From Nostocales cyanobacterium PMM_0081 (lineage in GTDB: Bacteria > Cyanobacteriota > Cyanobacteriia > Cyanobacteriales > Nostocaceae): DNA of 30,472 bases. Shown piece by piece: positions 6,484 through 14,982 of this stretch (its first letter is position 1; each line of letters starts with the position of its first letter). A program made the position numbers and the translations under genes. A model generated the notes under the pieces. It saw only the letters and a program-made list of their open reading frames with translations. It was not told where the DNA came from and ran no database searches. The stretch spans positions 1 through 30,472 of the forward strand of contig CASBQC010000085.1 in the NCBI GenBank assembly GCA_949127805.1. The letters are read 5' to 3'.

Positions 6484-8571
6484 TTGCCCTGGAGTGGAGT
6501 GGCGGAGTTTGTCGGGCGTGAAAAAGAACTCGCACATCTCCACCAACTATTGCAGGACAATCACCAAGTTGCAATAGCGGCGATCGCTGGTATGGGTGGT
6601 GTGGGTAAAACTGAACTTGCGCTGCAATATGCACTTAAGCAGCGCGAATTTTACTCTGGTGGAATTTGCTGGTGTGGTGTCAAAAGCGGTGATGTGGGTT
6701 TGCAAATTGTGCAATTTGCTCGCATTCACCTAGAATTAAACCCCTTGACAGATTTGGATTTAGTCGGGCAGGTAGCATACTGTTGGCAGCGCTGGGGTGA
6801 GGGTGAAGTGTTGTTAGTGCTGGATGATGTCACTATCTATAAGGAAATTCAGCCGTACTTACCGCCTTCATCCACCCGATTTAAGGTGCTGATGACAACC
6901 AGAAAGCACTTCGGGCAGATTTCTAAATTATCATTAGATGTCCTACAACCACAAGCCGCGCTGGATTTGTTGCGAAATCTCGTTGGGGAAGAACGGGTTA
7001 ATGTAGAGACACAGGTTATCGCGTCTCTACCTGAAAGGTTGGGATATTTACCTTTAGGGTTAGAATTAGTAGGGCGGTATCTCGCAAGAAAAGAGGATTT
7101 ATCCCTCACAGAAATGTTGCAGAGGTTGGAGAAAAAGAAACTAAAAGAGCGTTCTTTGTCTCAGCCAGAAGATAACATGACAGCACAGCGGGGTGTGCAA
7201 GCAGCATTCGAGTTAAGTTGGGATGAATTAAACGACACAGATAAACAACTCGCGTGTTTGCTGAGTTTATTTGCTGCGGCACCCATACCTTGGGAGTTGG
7301 TAAAATCTTGCTTAAGTAATGTGGATGCAGAAGAGTTAGAAGAAAGTCGGGATGATAAGCTGCTGAATTTGCATTTGCTACAGCGTAAGCAAAAGGGAAT
7401 TTATCAACTGCATCGACTGCTGCGAGAATTTTTTCAAGGGAAGCTAGAAGCACCACCGTTTCAGGAGAGTTGCGGGAATTTTAAACAAGCTTTTGTCAAA
7501 GTAACGATCGCGATCGCCAAGTATATTCCTCAAACCCCCACCCTTAAATTAATCACCGCTGTCTCCCCTGCTATGCCTCATTTAGCAGAAGTAGCGAAGA
7601 ATTTTATTCAACACATTAGCGATGAAGATTTAATCTGGGCTTTCGTCGCGCAGGGTCGATTTTACAGAGGTCAGGGGTTGTATACTCAGGCAGAACCTTG
7701 GTTTAAGCAGTGTCTAGAAGTTACTAAAAAGCGCTTGGGAGAAAAACATCCCGCTGTTGCAACTAGCCTCAACAACCTAGCAGGACTTTACTCCGACCAA
7801 GGACGTTACGCAGACGCCGAACCTTTGTACCAACAAGCTTTGCAACTAATGCGACATCTTTTGGGAGAAGAACATCCCTATCTTGCACCTAGTCTTAACA
7901 ACCTAGCGTTACTCTACTCTTCCCAAGGACGTTACGCAGATGCCGAACCCCTGTACCAACAAGCTTTAAAAATGAGACGACATCTGTTGGGAGAAGAACA
8001 TCCCGCTGTTGCAGTTAGCCTCAACAACCTAGCGTTACTCCACTATTATCAAGGACGCTATAGTGAAGCCGAACCTCTAGCACTCCGAGCGATAGAACTA
8101 GATAGGCAGTTTTTAGGAGAAAAGTATCCTGATTTAGCTACAGATATTCACAATTTGGCTTTGATATACCGCGCTCAAGGACGCTATAGCGAAGCAGAAC
8201 CATTATTTCTGCAAGCCTTGAAACTCAAACAGCTTCTATTGCCAGAAGACCATCCCCTTTTGGCAGATACTATCTACGCCCTAGGTTATATGTACAGAAT
8301 CCAGGGTTGCTACACTAAAGCAGAAACATTTTCCATAAAAGCATTAGAACTCGATAAACGCTTGCTGGGAGACAACCATCCCTATGTCGCGCAAAGCTTA
8401 AACAATCTGGCAGAACTCTACAAATCCCAAGGAAGTTACAGCCAAGCCGAACCTTTATTGCAACAAGCTTTAGATATTTTTGAGCGACGGTTAGCTGTGA
8501 ATCATCCCCACACTATCACTGTTCGTGAAAATCTGGCAATTCTTCGCGCTGAAATAACTTCACAGCAGTAA
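6484..8571 (+). CDS. NB-ARC (STAND) NTPase with C-terminal TPR array, paralog 2
   Basis: 695 aa with the same Walker A, Walker B and GLPL motifs as paralog 1. The first roughly 340 aa and the last roughly 35 aa are near-identical to paralog 1, while the central TPR units have diverged. The start is TTG only. Confidence 0.9.
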   Translation: MPWSGVAEFVGREKELAHLHQLLQDNHQVAIAAIAGMGGVGKTELALQYALKQREFYSGGICWCGVKSGDVGLQIVQFARIHLELNPLTDLDLVGQVAYCWQRWGEGEVLLVLDDVTIYKEIQPYLPPSSTRFKVLMTTRKHFGQISKLSLDVLQPQAALDLLRNLVGEERVNVETQVIASLPERLGYLPLGLELVGRYLARKEDLSLTEMLQRLEKKKLKERSLSQPEDNMTAQRGVQAAFELSWDELNDTDKQLACLLSLFAAAPIPWELVKSCLSNVDAEELEESRDDKLLNLHLLQRKQKGIYQLHRLLREFFQGKLEAPPFQESCGNFKQAFVKVTIAIAKYIPQTPTLKLITAVSPAMPHLAEVAKNFIQHISDEDLIWAFVAQGRFYRGQGLYTQAEPWFKQCLEVTKKRLGEKHPAVATSLNNLAGLYSDQGRYADAEPLYQQALQLMRHLLGEEHPYLAPSLNNLALLYSSQGRYADAEPLYQQALKMRRHLLGEEHPAVAVSLNNLALLHYYQGRYSEAEPLALRAIELDRQFLGEKYPDLATDIHNLALIYRAQGRYSEAEPLFLQALKLKQLLLPEDHPLLADTIYALGYMYRIQGCYTKAETFSIKALELDKRLLGDNHPYVAQSLNNLAELYKSQGSYSQAEPLLQQALDIFERRLAVNHPHTITVRENLAILRAEITSQQ
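7003..7030 (+). repeat. In-frame GTAGAGAC...GTCTCTAC hairpin repeat inside NB-ARC paralog 2
   Basis: It translates as VETQVIASL. It lies at the same place relative to the GLPL motif where paralog 1 carries the 84-bp element. It has the same stem family as the hairpins at 25691, 25729 and 27313. Confidence 0.55.
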
Positions 8572-8706
8572 GTTTTTCGCCGACCAGTCATAGTAATGAA
8601 TACTTGAGGGATTGTCCACGTATGCTTACCTTACAGTCAAAAATTTACCTCTGTCAATTCCCTACGAATTTATGCAAAGCTGTACTTAGCAACTTAAAGT
8701 GAATCC

Positions 8707-10056
8707 ATGAGCCTTTCTCTCATTAGTCAGTATCATTTCCTCGATCGCTTTTTTCGACTGGCGATCGCCAACGTTGCCTCTAACATCATGGTGCCCCTGT
8801 CAGGTTTAATTAGTGTGGCTTTCTTAGGACACCTAAAAGAAATCCATCATTTAGCAGGAGTTGCCCTCGCTGGCATCCTATTTAACTACATCTACTTCCT
8901 TTTTACGTTTTTACGGATGGGAACCACTGGGGTAACTGCTCAAACAGTGGGACAGGATGACCGCGAAGAAATGCTGCGAGTAGGACTGCGGAATGGATTA
9001 GTGGCTTTGGGTTTAGGTGTGGCAATCTTGATTTTACAATACCCTATCCGAGAACTGTGGTTTGCCATAGTCAGTGCTACTCCAGAAGTTAAAGCTTCAG
9101 GGATTGACTATTTCAACGTCCGAATTTGGGGAGCGCCGGCGGTTTTGTTTAATTACGTTCTCATTGGTTGGCTGCTGGGACGAGAAATGAGTGGCAAGGT
9201 GTTGCTGATGTCTGTAGTGGGCAACGGTGCTAATCTGGTGTTCGACTACTTCTACATTATCCGATGGGAGTGGGCAAGCACGGGAGCCGGAATTTCTCAG
9301 GCTCTCAGTCAATATTTGATGTTGTTAGTAGGGCTAGTTTTGGCAAGTCAAGACATTCAGTTCAAAGAGTTACAAACAGCATTCCAACAGCTTTGGGATT
9401 GGTTAGCCTTTAAATCTGCTTTTACCCTCAATGGCAATATTTTTGTCCGCTCTTTAGCCAATATGACTACCTGGGCAGTTTTCACTAACATCAGTGCCGT
9501 AATGGGGACGACTGTTTTAGCGGAAAATGCTTTGCTATTTCAGATAGTATGCCTGAGCGTATTCTTTGTCGAAGGAATTGGTTTTGCCACCGAAACCCTC
9601 ACCGGGAATTTTAAAGGTCAGATGGCTAACGACCAATTTATCCCCTTATTGCAGGTTGCAGTAGGAACCAGCCTGTCGGCAGGACTTTCCATAGCGGCAG
9701 CCTGCATCCTTTTTCCTGAAACTATCTTTGGTTTATTATCCGACCATACTGAAATTATCGAGCCAATTAAAGTTTACGTTCCTTGGTTAATCCTCGTTTT
9801 AGGATGTCAGGCTATTGCTAGTAGCCTCGATGGGTACTTCGGAGGTTTAGCGGAAGGGAAACCTATCCGTAACTCCGCTTTATGCGGTGCTTTATTGGGA
9901 TTTGCACCCTTAGCAGTCTGGGCATGGCAAGCTCATAGTAACCAGATTTTGTGGCTGGCTATGTCGGGGTTTATGGTAACTAAAATGGTAGCGATCGCCG
10001 TTCAAGTGCCAAGAACTCTTCAGAATGACACTGAAGCGATCGCCTCTATGGATTAA
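8707..10056 (+). CDS. MATE-family efflux transporter
   Basis: 449 aa, polytopic with about 12 hydrophobic segments. The N-terminal pattern (LAIANVASNIMVPLSGLISVAFLGHL) is typical of DinF/NorM-type MATE proteins. Confidence 0.8.
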   Translation: MSLSLISQYHFLDRFFRLAIANVASNIMVPLSGLISVAFLGHLKEIHHLAGVALAGILFNYIYFLFTFLRMGTTGVTAQTVGQDDREEMLRVGLRNGLVALGLGVAILILQYPIRELWFAIVSATPEVKASGIDYFNVRIWGAPAVLFNYVLIGWLLGREMSGKVLLMSVVGNGANLVFDYFYIIRWEWASTGAGISQALSQYLMLLVGLVLASQDIQFKELQTAFQQLWDWLAFKSAFTLNGNIFVRSLANMTTWAVFTNISAVMGTTVLAENALLFQIVCLSVFFVEGIGFATETLTGNFKGQMANDQFIPLLQVAVGTSLSAGLSIAAACILFPETIFGLLSDHTEIIEPIKVYVPWLILVLGCQAIASSLDGYFGGLAEGKPIRNSALCGALLGFAPLAVWAWQAHSNQILWLAMSGFMVTKMVAIAVQVPRTLQNDTEAIASMD

Positions 10057-10081
10057 TGTCACGAATCTAATTATTAAAATT

Positions 10082-11098
10082 ATGAACTTACCCTCATCGA
10101 GCCGACTACAGCTTACGCCAGACTTGAATATCTGCCGTATATTAAATGGAATGTGGCAAGTATCTGGCAAGCATGGAGCAATTGACTCCACCAGCGCTAT
10201 TCAGACTATGTTCGATTATATAGATGCTGGTTTCACTACTTGGGATTTGGCAGATATTTACGGTCCAGCAGAAGATTTTATCGGTCAATTTCGGCATCAA
10301 CTAGCTACAATTCGAGGACAAGAAGCTTTATCTAATATTCAAGCCTTCACCAAATGGGTGCCAAAACCTACTCCCATGACTAAGCAGTTTGTTGAGGAGC
10401 AAATTAATATTTCCCGCCAAAGGATGGGAGTTAAAACTCTCGATTTATTGCAATTCCACTGCTGGAGATACCAAGATAACAACTATCTGGATGCCCTCAA
10501 GTATTTGTCAGAACTTCAGGAAGAGGGCAAAATCAAACACCTTGGCTTAACCAACTTTGATACCGAACACTTGCAGGAGATTGTTGAGGCTGGAATTAAT
10601 ATTGTTTCCCATCAGGTACAGTTTTCTCTTATCGATCGCCGTCCGGAAGTGAACATGATACCATTATGTCTGGAAAAGAATATCAAGCTATTCACCTATG
10701 GCACTCTCTGCGGTGGCTTTTTGTCAGAGAAGTTTTTGGGACAACCCGAACCTCAAGCAGAACAGCTTTCTACCGCTAGCTTGAAGGAATATAAAATCAT
10801 TATTGACAAATGGGGTGGTTGGGGTTTATTTCAAGAATTGCTGACTGTACTATCTTCTATTGCCACCAAACATGGAGTTAGCATTTCTAATATTGCAGTT
10901 CGCTATGTCCTCGATAAACCTGCGGTAGCTGGTGCGATCGTTGGTGCGAGGTTAGGGATATCAGAGCATTTAAAGGATAATGCTAGAGTATTTGATTTGA
11001 TGCTGGATACAGAAGACCTTGACCAAATTAATGCTGTGTTAAAAAACTCACATAATTTGTATAACTTCATCGGTGATTGTGGGGACGAATTAAGATAG
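10082..11098 (+). CDS. Aldo/keto reductase
   Basis: The ATG at 10082 is preferred over the track start at 10025, which overlaps the MATE gene. AKR-type motifs are present (GFTTWDLADIYGPAE, HLGLTNFD, VSHQVQFSL). Confidence 0.8.
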   Translation: MNLPSSSRLQLTPDLNICRILNGMWQVSGKHGAIDSTSAIQTMFDYIDAGFTTWDLADIYGPAEDFIGQFRHQLATIRGQEALSNIQAFTKWVPKPTPMTKQFVEEQINISRQRMGVKTLDLLQFHCWRYQDNNYLDALKYLSELQEEGKIKHLGLTNFDTEHLQEIVEAGINIVSHQVQFSLIDRRPEVNMIPLCLEKNIKLFTYGTLCGGFLSEKFLGQPEPQAEQLSTASLKEYKIIIDKWGGWGLFQELLTVLSSIATKHGVSISNIAVRYVLDKPAVAGAIVGARLGISEHLKDNARVFDLMLDTEDLDQINAVLKNSHNLYNFIGDCGDELR

Positions 11099-12049
11099 AT
11101 CGTAATCACAATAGGCTAAATAAGGTTGTAACTGCTTAAGAATTTTCTCAGAATTTTTTTTCACTTCTGGTAACAAGTTAAGCGGACGTGGTTCGCTTAA
11201 TTTGTCATATTCTAAAGTGACTTTTGCGGATAAACCCAGAAATTTCAAAATGTTTTGGATAGTTGTTTCTGGTTGATCGCAGAGGTCTTCATAGCTGACA
11301 GAAATATAATTATGTTGGGGTAGCGATTCAACATTATTCAAGAAAAAATTTACCTCTTCTATATACTTTTTAGTAATGCGATGCAAACCCTGCTCAAAAT
11401 ATTGAGAATAAGATAGCCACTTAAAAGCACGTTGCCAGGGGTTGTCAACCAGACTTTGATAGTCTTTACTAATTAATGCTACATAAGGATTCTTTTTCAA
11501 CCAAAGATTACGGTTAGCTTTCAACCAAGAATTAATTACTGGAATTGGATGTCGGTGAATGAAAATGAATTTAGCTTCTGGAAAAGTCTTTTTAATAAAC
11601 AAAAATGGTTGGAAATACGGAGACTTAAGCAATAAGGGTTGGTTAGTTTTGGAGATAAATTGAATCTTCTGGCACAGCTCGATAAATCGGTCTAAGTTGC
11701 TTGATTTGAGGTTAAATTCATACTCACTAATTGCAAAAGCATACTCTTCCGGTAAATCTGGAGTTACTTTAACTTGATCAATACCGCGAGTATTAATCCC
11801 TAGAGAGTAAAAATATTTTTCTAACTCTTGTTTTGCTTTAGTTTCTATCTGATTAAAATGATTATAAAGCAGTTCATCATATTTGATAATCTGATAAGCA
11901 CTAACAAAATTAAAACACTCAGTTGCCACCAAAGCTTGGTACAAAAAAGTTGTCCCCGAACGTGGAAATCCCATAATAAATATCGGCTTAAAATCAACTG
12001 ACGATAGTAAGTCCAGGTAGGGGCGATCGGCAATACCATTAATAGTCAT
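11090..12049 (-). CDS. Sulfotransferase-family protein
   Basis: 319 aa with the 5'-PSB loop GFPRSGTTFLYQ. It is the last gene of the minus-strand operon, and its 3' end overlaps the AKR 3' end by 9 nt. Confidence 0.8.
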   Translation of the reverse strand: MTINGIADRPYLDLLSSVDFKPIFIMGFPRSGTTFLYQALVATECFNFVSAYQIIKYDELLYNHFNQIETKAKQELEKYFYSLGINTRGIDQVKVTPDLPEEYAFAISEYEFNLKSSNLDRFIELCQKIQFISKTNQPLLLKSPYFQPFLFIKKTFPEAKFIFIHRHPIPVINSWLKANRNLWLKKNPYVALISKDYQSLVDNPWQRAFKWLSYSQYFEQGLHRITKKYIEEVNFFLNNVESLPQHNYISVSYEDLCDQPETTIQNILKFLGLSAKVTLEYDKLSEPRPLNLLPEVKKNSEKILKQLQPYLAYCDYDLS

Positions 12050-12065
12050 TTCTTACTCGAACTAA

Positions 12066-12842
12066 TTAAACATGACCGTAATAGTCGCGGTGAACGACCA
12101 CAGAATAAGCATAATCTAATAGCGTCCCCGCACTAAATACTGGAACATCAATTGCTCGTTGAATAGCGCGGGCAAAGGGTGGAAGTCCAGTACACTCTAG
12201 TACCATAGCCCCCATATTGGGATGAGCTTGATAAAAGTCAACAGCGAATTCTACCAACTCTTTTTCCAATAGGTTATAGTCAGCTTGACGCACACTCGCT
12301 TCTGGGTACATATATAAATCCATGAATCCCGAACAGCAATCCGCTTCTTTGATGCCAGCTAGGACATAATTGCTACCTGGTTGGATGCCCACAGCTTTGA
12401 GGTGAGCTTCTGTCAGAAAATCCTTGAATGCTACCATAACACCTACTACTTTGTTGGCACCAACAATTTGTTGCGCTAAGGGAACTTGCAATAGGGTTGA
12501 CATGAAAGCAGGAACATCAACTGACTCAGCAATTTCTTTTTGAAAGTATCCAAAGTAGCCACACTCGCTGACAATTGCACGACAGCCAATTTTTTCTAAC
12601 TTTTTCGCCGCCCGTTTTATCGCTTCCAGACAGGGCGACTTGTCTTCTGCCCAAATTAAAGCTTGAGCATCTATTCCCTCAGCTATCTCGTATTGCATGG
12701 GAAACGGGTAAGCACTGGCATTTCGCACATCACCTGGAAAACCGGGATTAATCCAATCTAAAATAATCACACCTAAACCCATCCCATAGCAAAGGTGATT
12801 TTTACGAGTTTTAATTGATTTGATTCCTAAATCTCGATACAT
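12066..12842 (-). CDS. Asp/Glu/hydantoin-racemase superfamily protein
   Basis: 258 aa with GVIILDWINPGFPGDVRNASAYPFPMQY and two Cys motifs (SECGYF and LECTGLPPF) typical of this two-thiol fold. Confidence 0.65.
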   Translation of the reverse strand: MYRDLGIKSIKTRKNHLCYGMGLGVIILDWINPGFPGDVRNASAYPFPMQYEIAEGIDAQALIWAEDKSPCLEAIKRAAKKLEKIGCRAIVSECGYFGYFQKEIAESVDVPAFMSTLLQVPLAQQIVGANKVVGVMVAFKDFLTEAHLKAVGIQPGSNYVLAGIKEADCCSGFMDLYMYPEASVRQADYNLLEKELVEFAVDFYQAHPNMGAMVLECTGLPPFARAIQRAIDVPVFSAGTLLDYAYSVVVHRDYYGHV

Positions 12843-12863
12843 TCTCCCTCAAAATAAATCATA

Positions 12864-13619
12864 CTAAACACCCACAATCATCTTCACTGTTACTGGTTCC
12901 CCATCTAAACCAAATTGCTCCTTAGTATGGTCAATGGTGTCTGGATCTACATAAGTTCCAAAGATGCGATCGAACAATGTGAATAGAGCGCCTAGATTTT
13001 TACCATGAAATTGGGGATTAGACAAATGATGTACATGGTGGTAGCGCGGCGTAGCAATAATCCATTCCACTACTTTCATCCAAGAGCGCCATTTAACATT
13101 GAGATGACACATAGTATTATGAACTGATGCAACAACACCAAATAAAATTATTATTTGGGCAGGAATTGCCAGCAGTGGAAACCACAAAATTGTACTTCTC
13201 AATATCCATCTACTGACCAAGCTAGATTTTTGTCCACTTAGCCACCACATTTTTTCTATTGAATGATGCCATTTATGGGTTTGCCAGAATAATCGACTAT
13301 TGTGCATTTGCCAATGAATAACATAGAGACTGAGTTCTCTTAAGAAAATAGCAATAATAATTCTTATAAATAGGGGAATAGATAAAACGTTTGTCCAGCC
13401 TACTGCTTCTATCAGCGATGGGGGAATGACTAGGTTTTGCAAAGGAGAATAAGCATAGGCAACAATGACGATATACACCATCATTATTGCAGCACTTTTA
13501 GATTCCTTGAGAGCTTCGCCTGAATACTTTATTTCTTGTGAAGGGTCTTTTTTTTCCCAAATCCAGAGTACAATACCTGGAATAAACAGCATTGACCATG
13601 CTATAACTAAATCGCGCAT
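12864..13619 (-). CDS. Fatty-acid hydroxylase / sterol-desaturase-family membrane oxygenase
   Basis: 251 aa and hydrophobic, with the histidine boxes HWQMHN, HKWHH and HHVHH. Confidence 0.8.
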   Translation of the reverse strand: MRDLVIAWSMLFIPGIVLWIWEKKDPSQEIKYSGEALKESKSAAIMMVYIVIVAYAYSPLQNLVIPPSLIEAVGWTNVLSIPLFIRIIIAIFLRELSLYVIHWQMHNSRLFWQTHKWHHSIEKMWWLSGQKSSLVSRWILRSTILWFPLLAIPAQIIILFGVVASVHNTMCHLNVKWRSWMKVVEWIIATPRYHHVHHLSNPQFHGKNLGALFTLFDRIFGTYVDPDTIDHTKEQFGLDGEPVTVKMIVGV

Positions 13620-13644
13620 CAGTTACCTCCCTGTTGATTTTTAC

Positions 13645-14979
13645 TTAACAATCTTGTTTAACCAACCGCAAACTAACCGGAGCTAAATTCGCATTCCGAC
13701 TTTGGGGTGTTACAGGCTGGTTATCTGCTAATCTTAATTGATAGCCAGACACAGTAGTTGCCAAAATTAGCTTCATTAAATACAGAGCTAATTCCTCCCC
13801 AATACAACTCCGAATCCCACCACCAAACGGCATAAATTCATAGGCAGAAAACTGACGTTCAATAAAACGTTCTGGCTTAAACTTGTCCGGTTCAGGATAT
13901 AAATTTTCTTGTCGATGCAGCAGATAATTACTGATAGAAACTAAACTACCAGATTGTAATTCGTAACCTGTTATTTCAGTAGGTGTGTTGACACCGCGAG
14001 GCAGAATAAACATTGTAATCGGATACATTCGTAGAGTCTCATTGCAAACAGCAGTCAGATAGGGAAGACGATAAAGACTCATTGGCTCGGAACAGTCTCC
14101 TAAGTTTTCTATTTCTTCAAGCAGTTTTTCCTGAATTTCTGGATTACGGTAAACGCAGTACCACGACCAACAAATTGCAGCAGTAGTCGATTCATTTCCT
14201 GTGGATAATAGTAATAACAAGTTATCCAGTATTTCTACATCAGTTAGGGGCTGTCCCTGTTCGTCGCGAAACGACATCAATAGGGACAGCATATCTGTTT
14301 TATCTGGCTCTACACGAGTCCGACGTTCTGCTATTTCGGCATAAATTAGTTGTTCTATTTGCTGCCGTGTTTGGATAAATTTCTGCCCTAAGTTTCTCTT
14401 GCCTAAAACTTTGGGAAAAAACCTTAACAGGGGAAAGCCAGCGGTTTTAGCTGCGAACAAATTCAACAGAGAAACTATCAGATTTTTCAGATGTTGATAG
14501 CGCTCTTTTTGAGCAGAACCAAACAAAATTTCAATGAGAACTTGCAGCGTAATATCTTGTGCAACTTCCCAAGCCAAAAATGATTGGTTGATTGGTAACT
14601 GCTGCATCACTTGGTGGGTGATATCGCAAATTAATTGTCCGTAATAGCGTACCTGTTTTCCGTGTAGAGGAGGCATCAATATTTTCCGCAAAATTTGGTG
14701 GCGATCGCCTTCGCTTGTCGCTACTGAATTATTGCCAAATATTGCTGTTAACTCTCCAGGAAACGAGACAATTCCTAAATGTTTATCCCGATTTTCGATA
14801 ATCTGTTGAGCAGCTTGAGGAGTATAAAACATCATCAGAGGACTTCCCCAATCTACTCCTTTTGCCCAAAAAGCTTCTGGATGACTTTTAAATGCTCTTT
14901 CCCAGTAGCCAATAGGAGCGAGAATTAACTCAATTCTCTGCCACCATCCGGGAGTTTTCAAACTTTCAACTTGTTTCAT
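13645..14979 (-). CDS. Cytochrome P450
   Basis: 444 aa with the heme-binding loop FGGGIRSCIGEELA, an ETLR (K-helix) motif and the I-helix LSTGNESTT. Confidence 0.9.
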   Translation of the reverse strand: MKQVESLKTPGWWQRIELILAPIGYWERAFKSHPEAFWAKGVDWGSPLMMFYTPQAAQQIIENRDKHLGIVSFPGELTAIFGNNSVATSEGDRHQILRKILMPPLHGKQVRYYGQLICDITHQVMQQLPINQSFLAWEVAQDITLQVLIEILFGSAQKERYQHLKNLIVSLLNLFAAKTAGFPLLRFFPKVLGKRNLGQKFIQTRQQIEQLIYAEIAERRTRVEPDKTDMLSLLMSFRDEQGQPLTDVEILDNLLLLLSTGNESTTAAICWSWYCVYRNPEIQEKLLEEIENLGDCSEPMSLYRLPYLTAVCNETLRMYPITMFILPRGVNTPTEITGYELQSGSLVSISNYLLHRQENLYPEPDKFKPERFIERQFSAYEFMPFGGGIRSCIGEELALYLMKLILATTVSGYQLRLADNQPVTPQSRNANLAPVSLRLVKQDC

Positions 14980-14982
14980 AAA

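Noticed and set aside
10025-10081. Track start of the aldo/keto reductase, which overlaps the MATE gene by 32 nt
   Set aside because: The extension (MTLKRSPLWINVTNLIIKI) has no AKR counterpart. The ATG at 10082 lies just after the MATE stop and gives a normal N-terminus.
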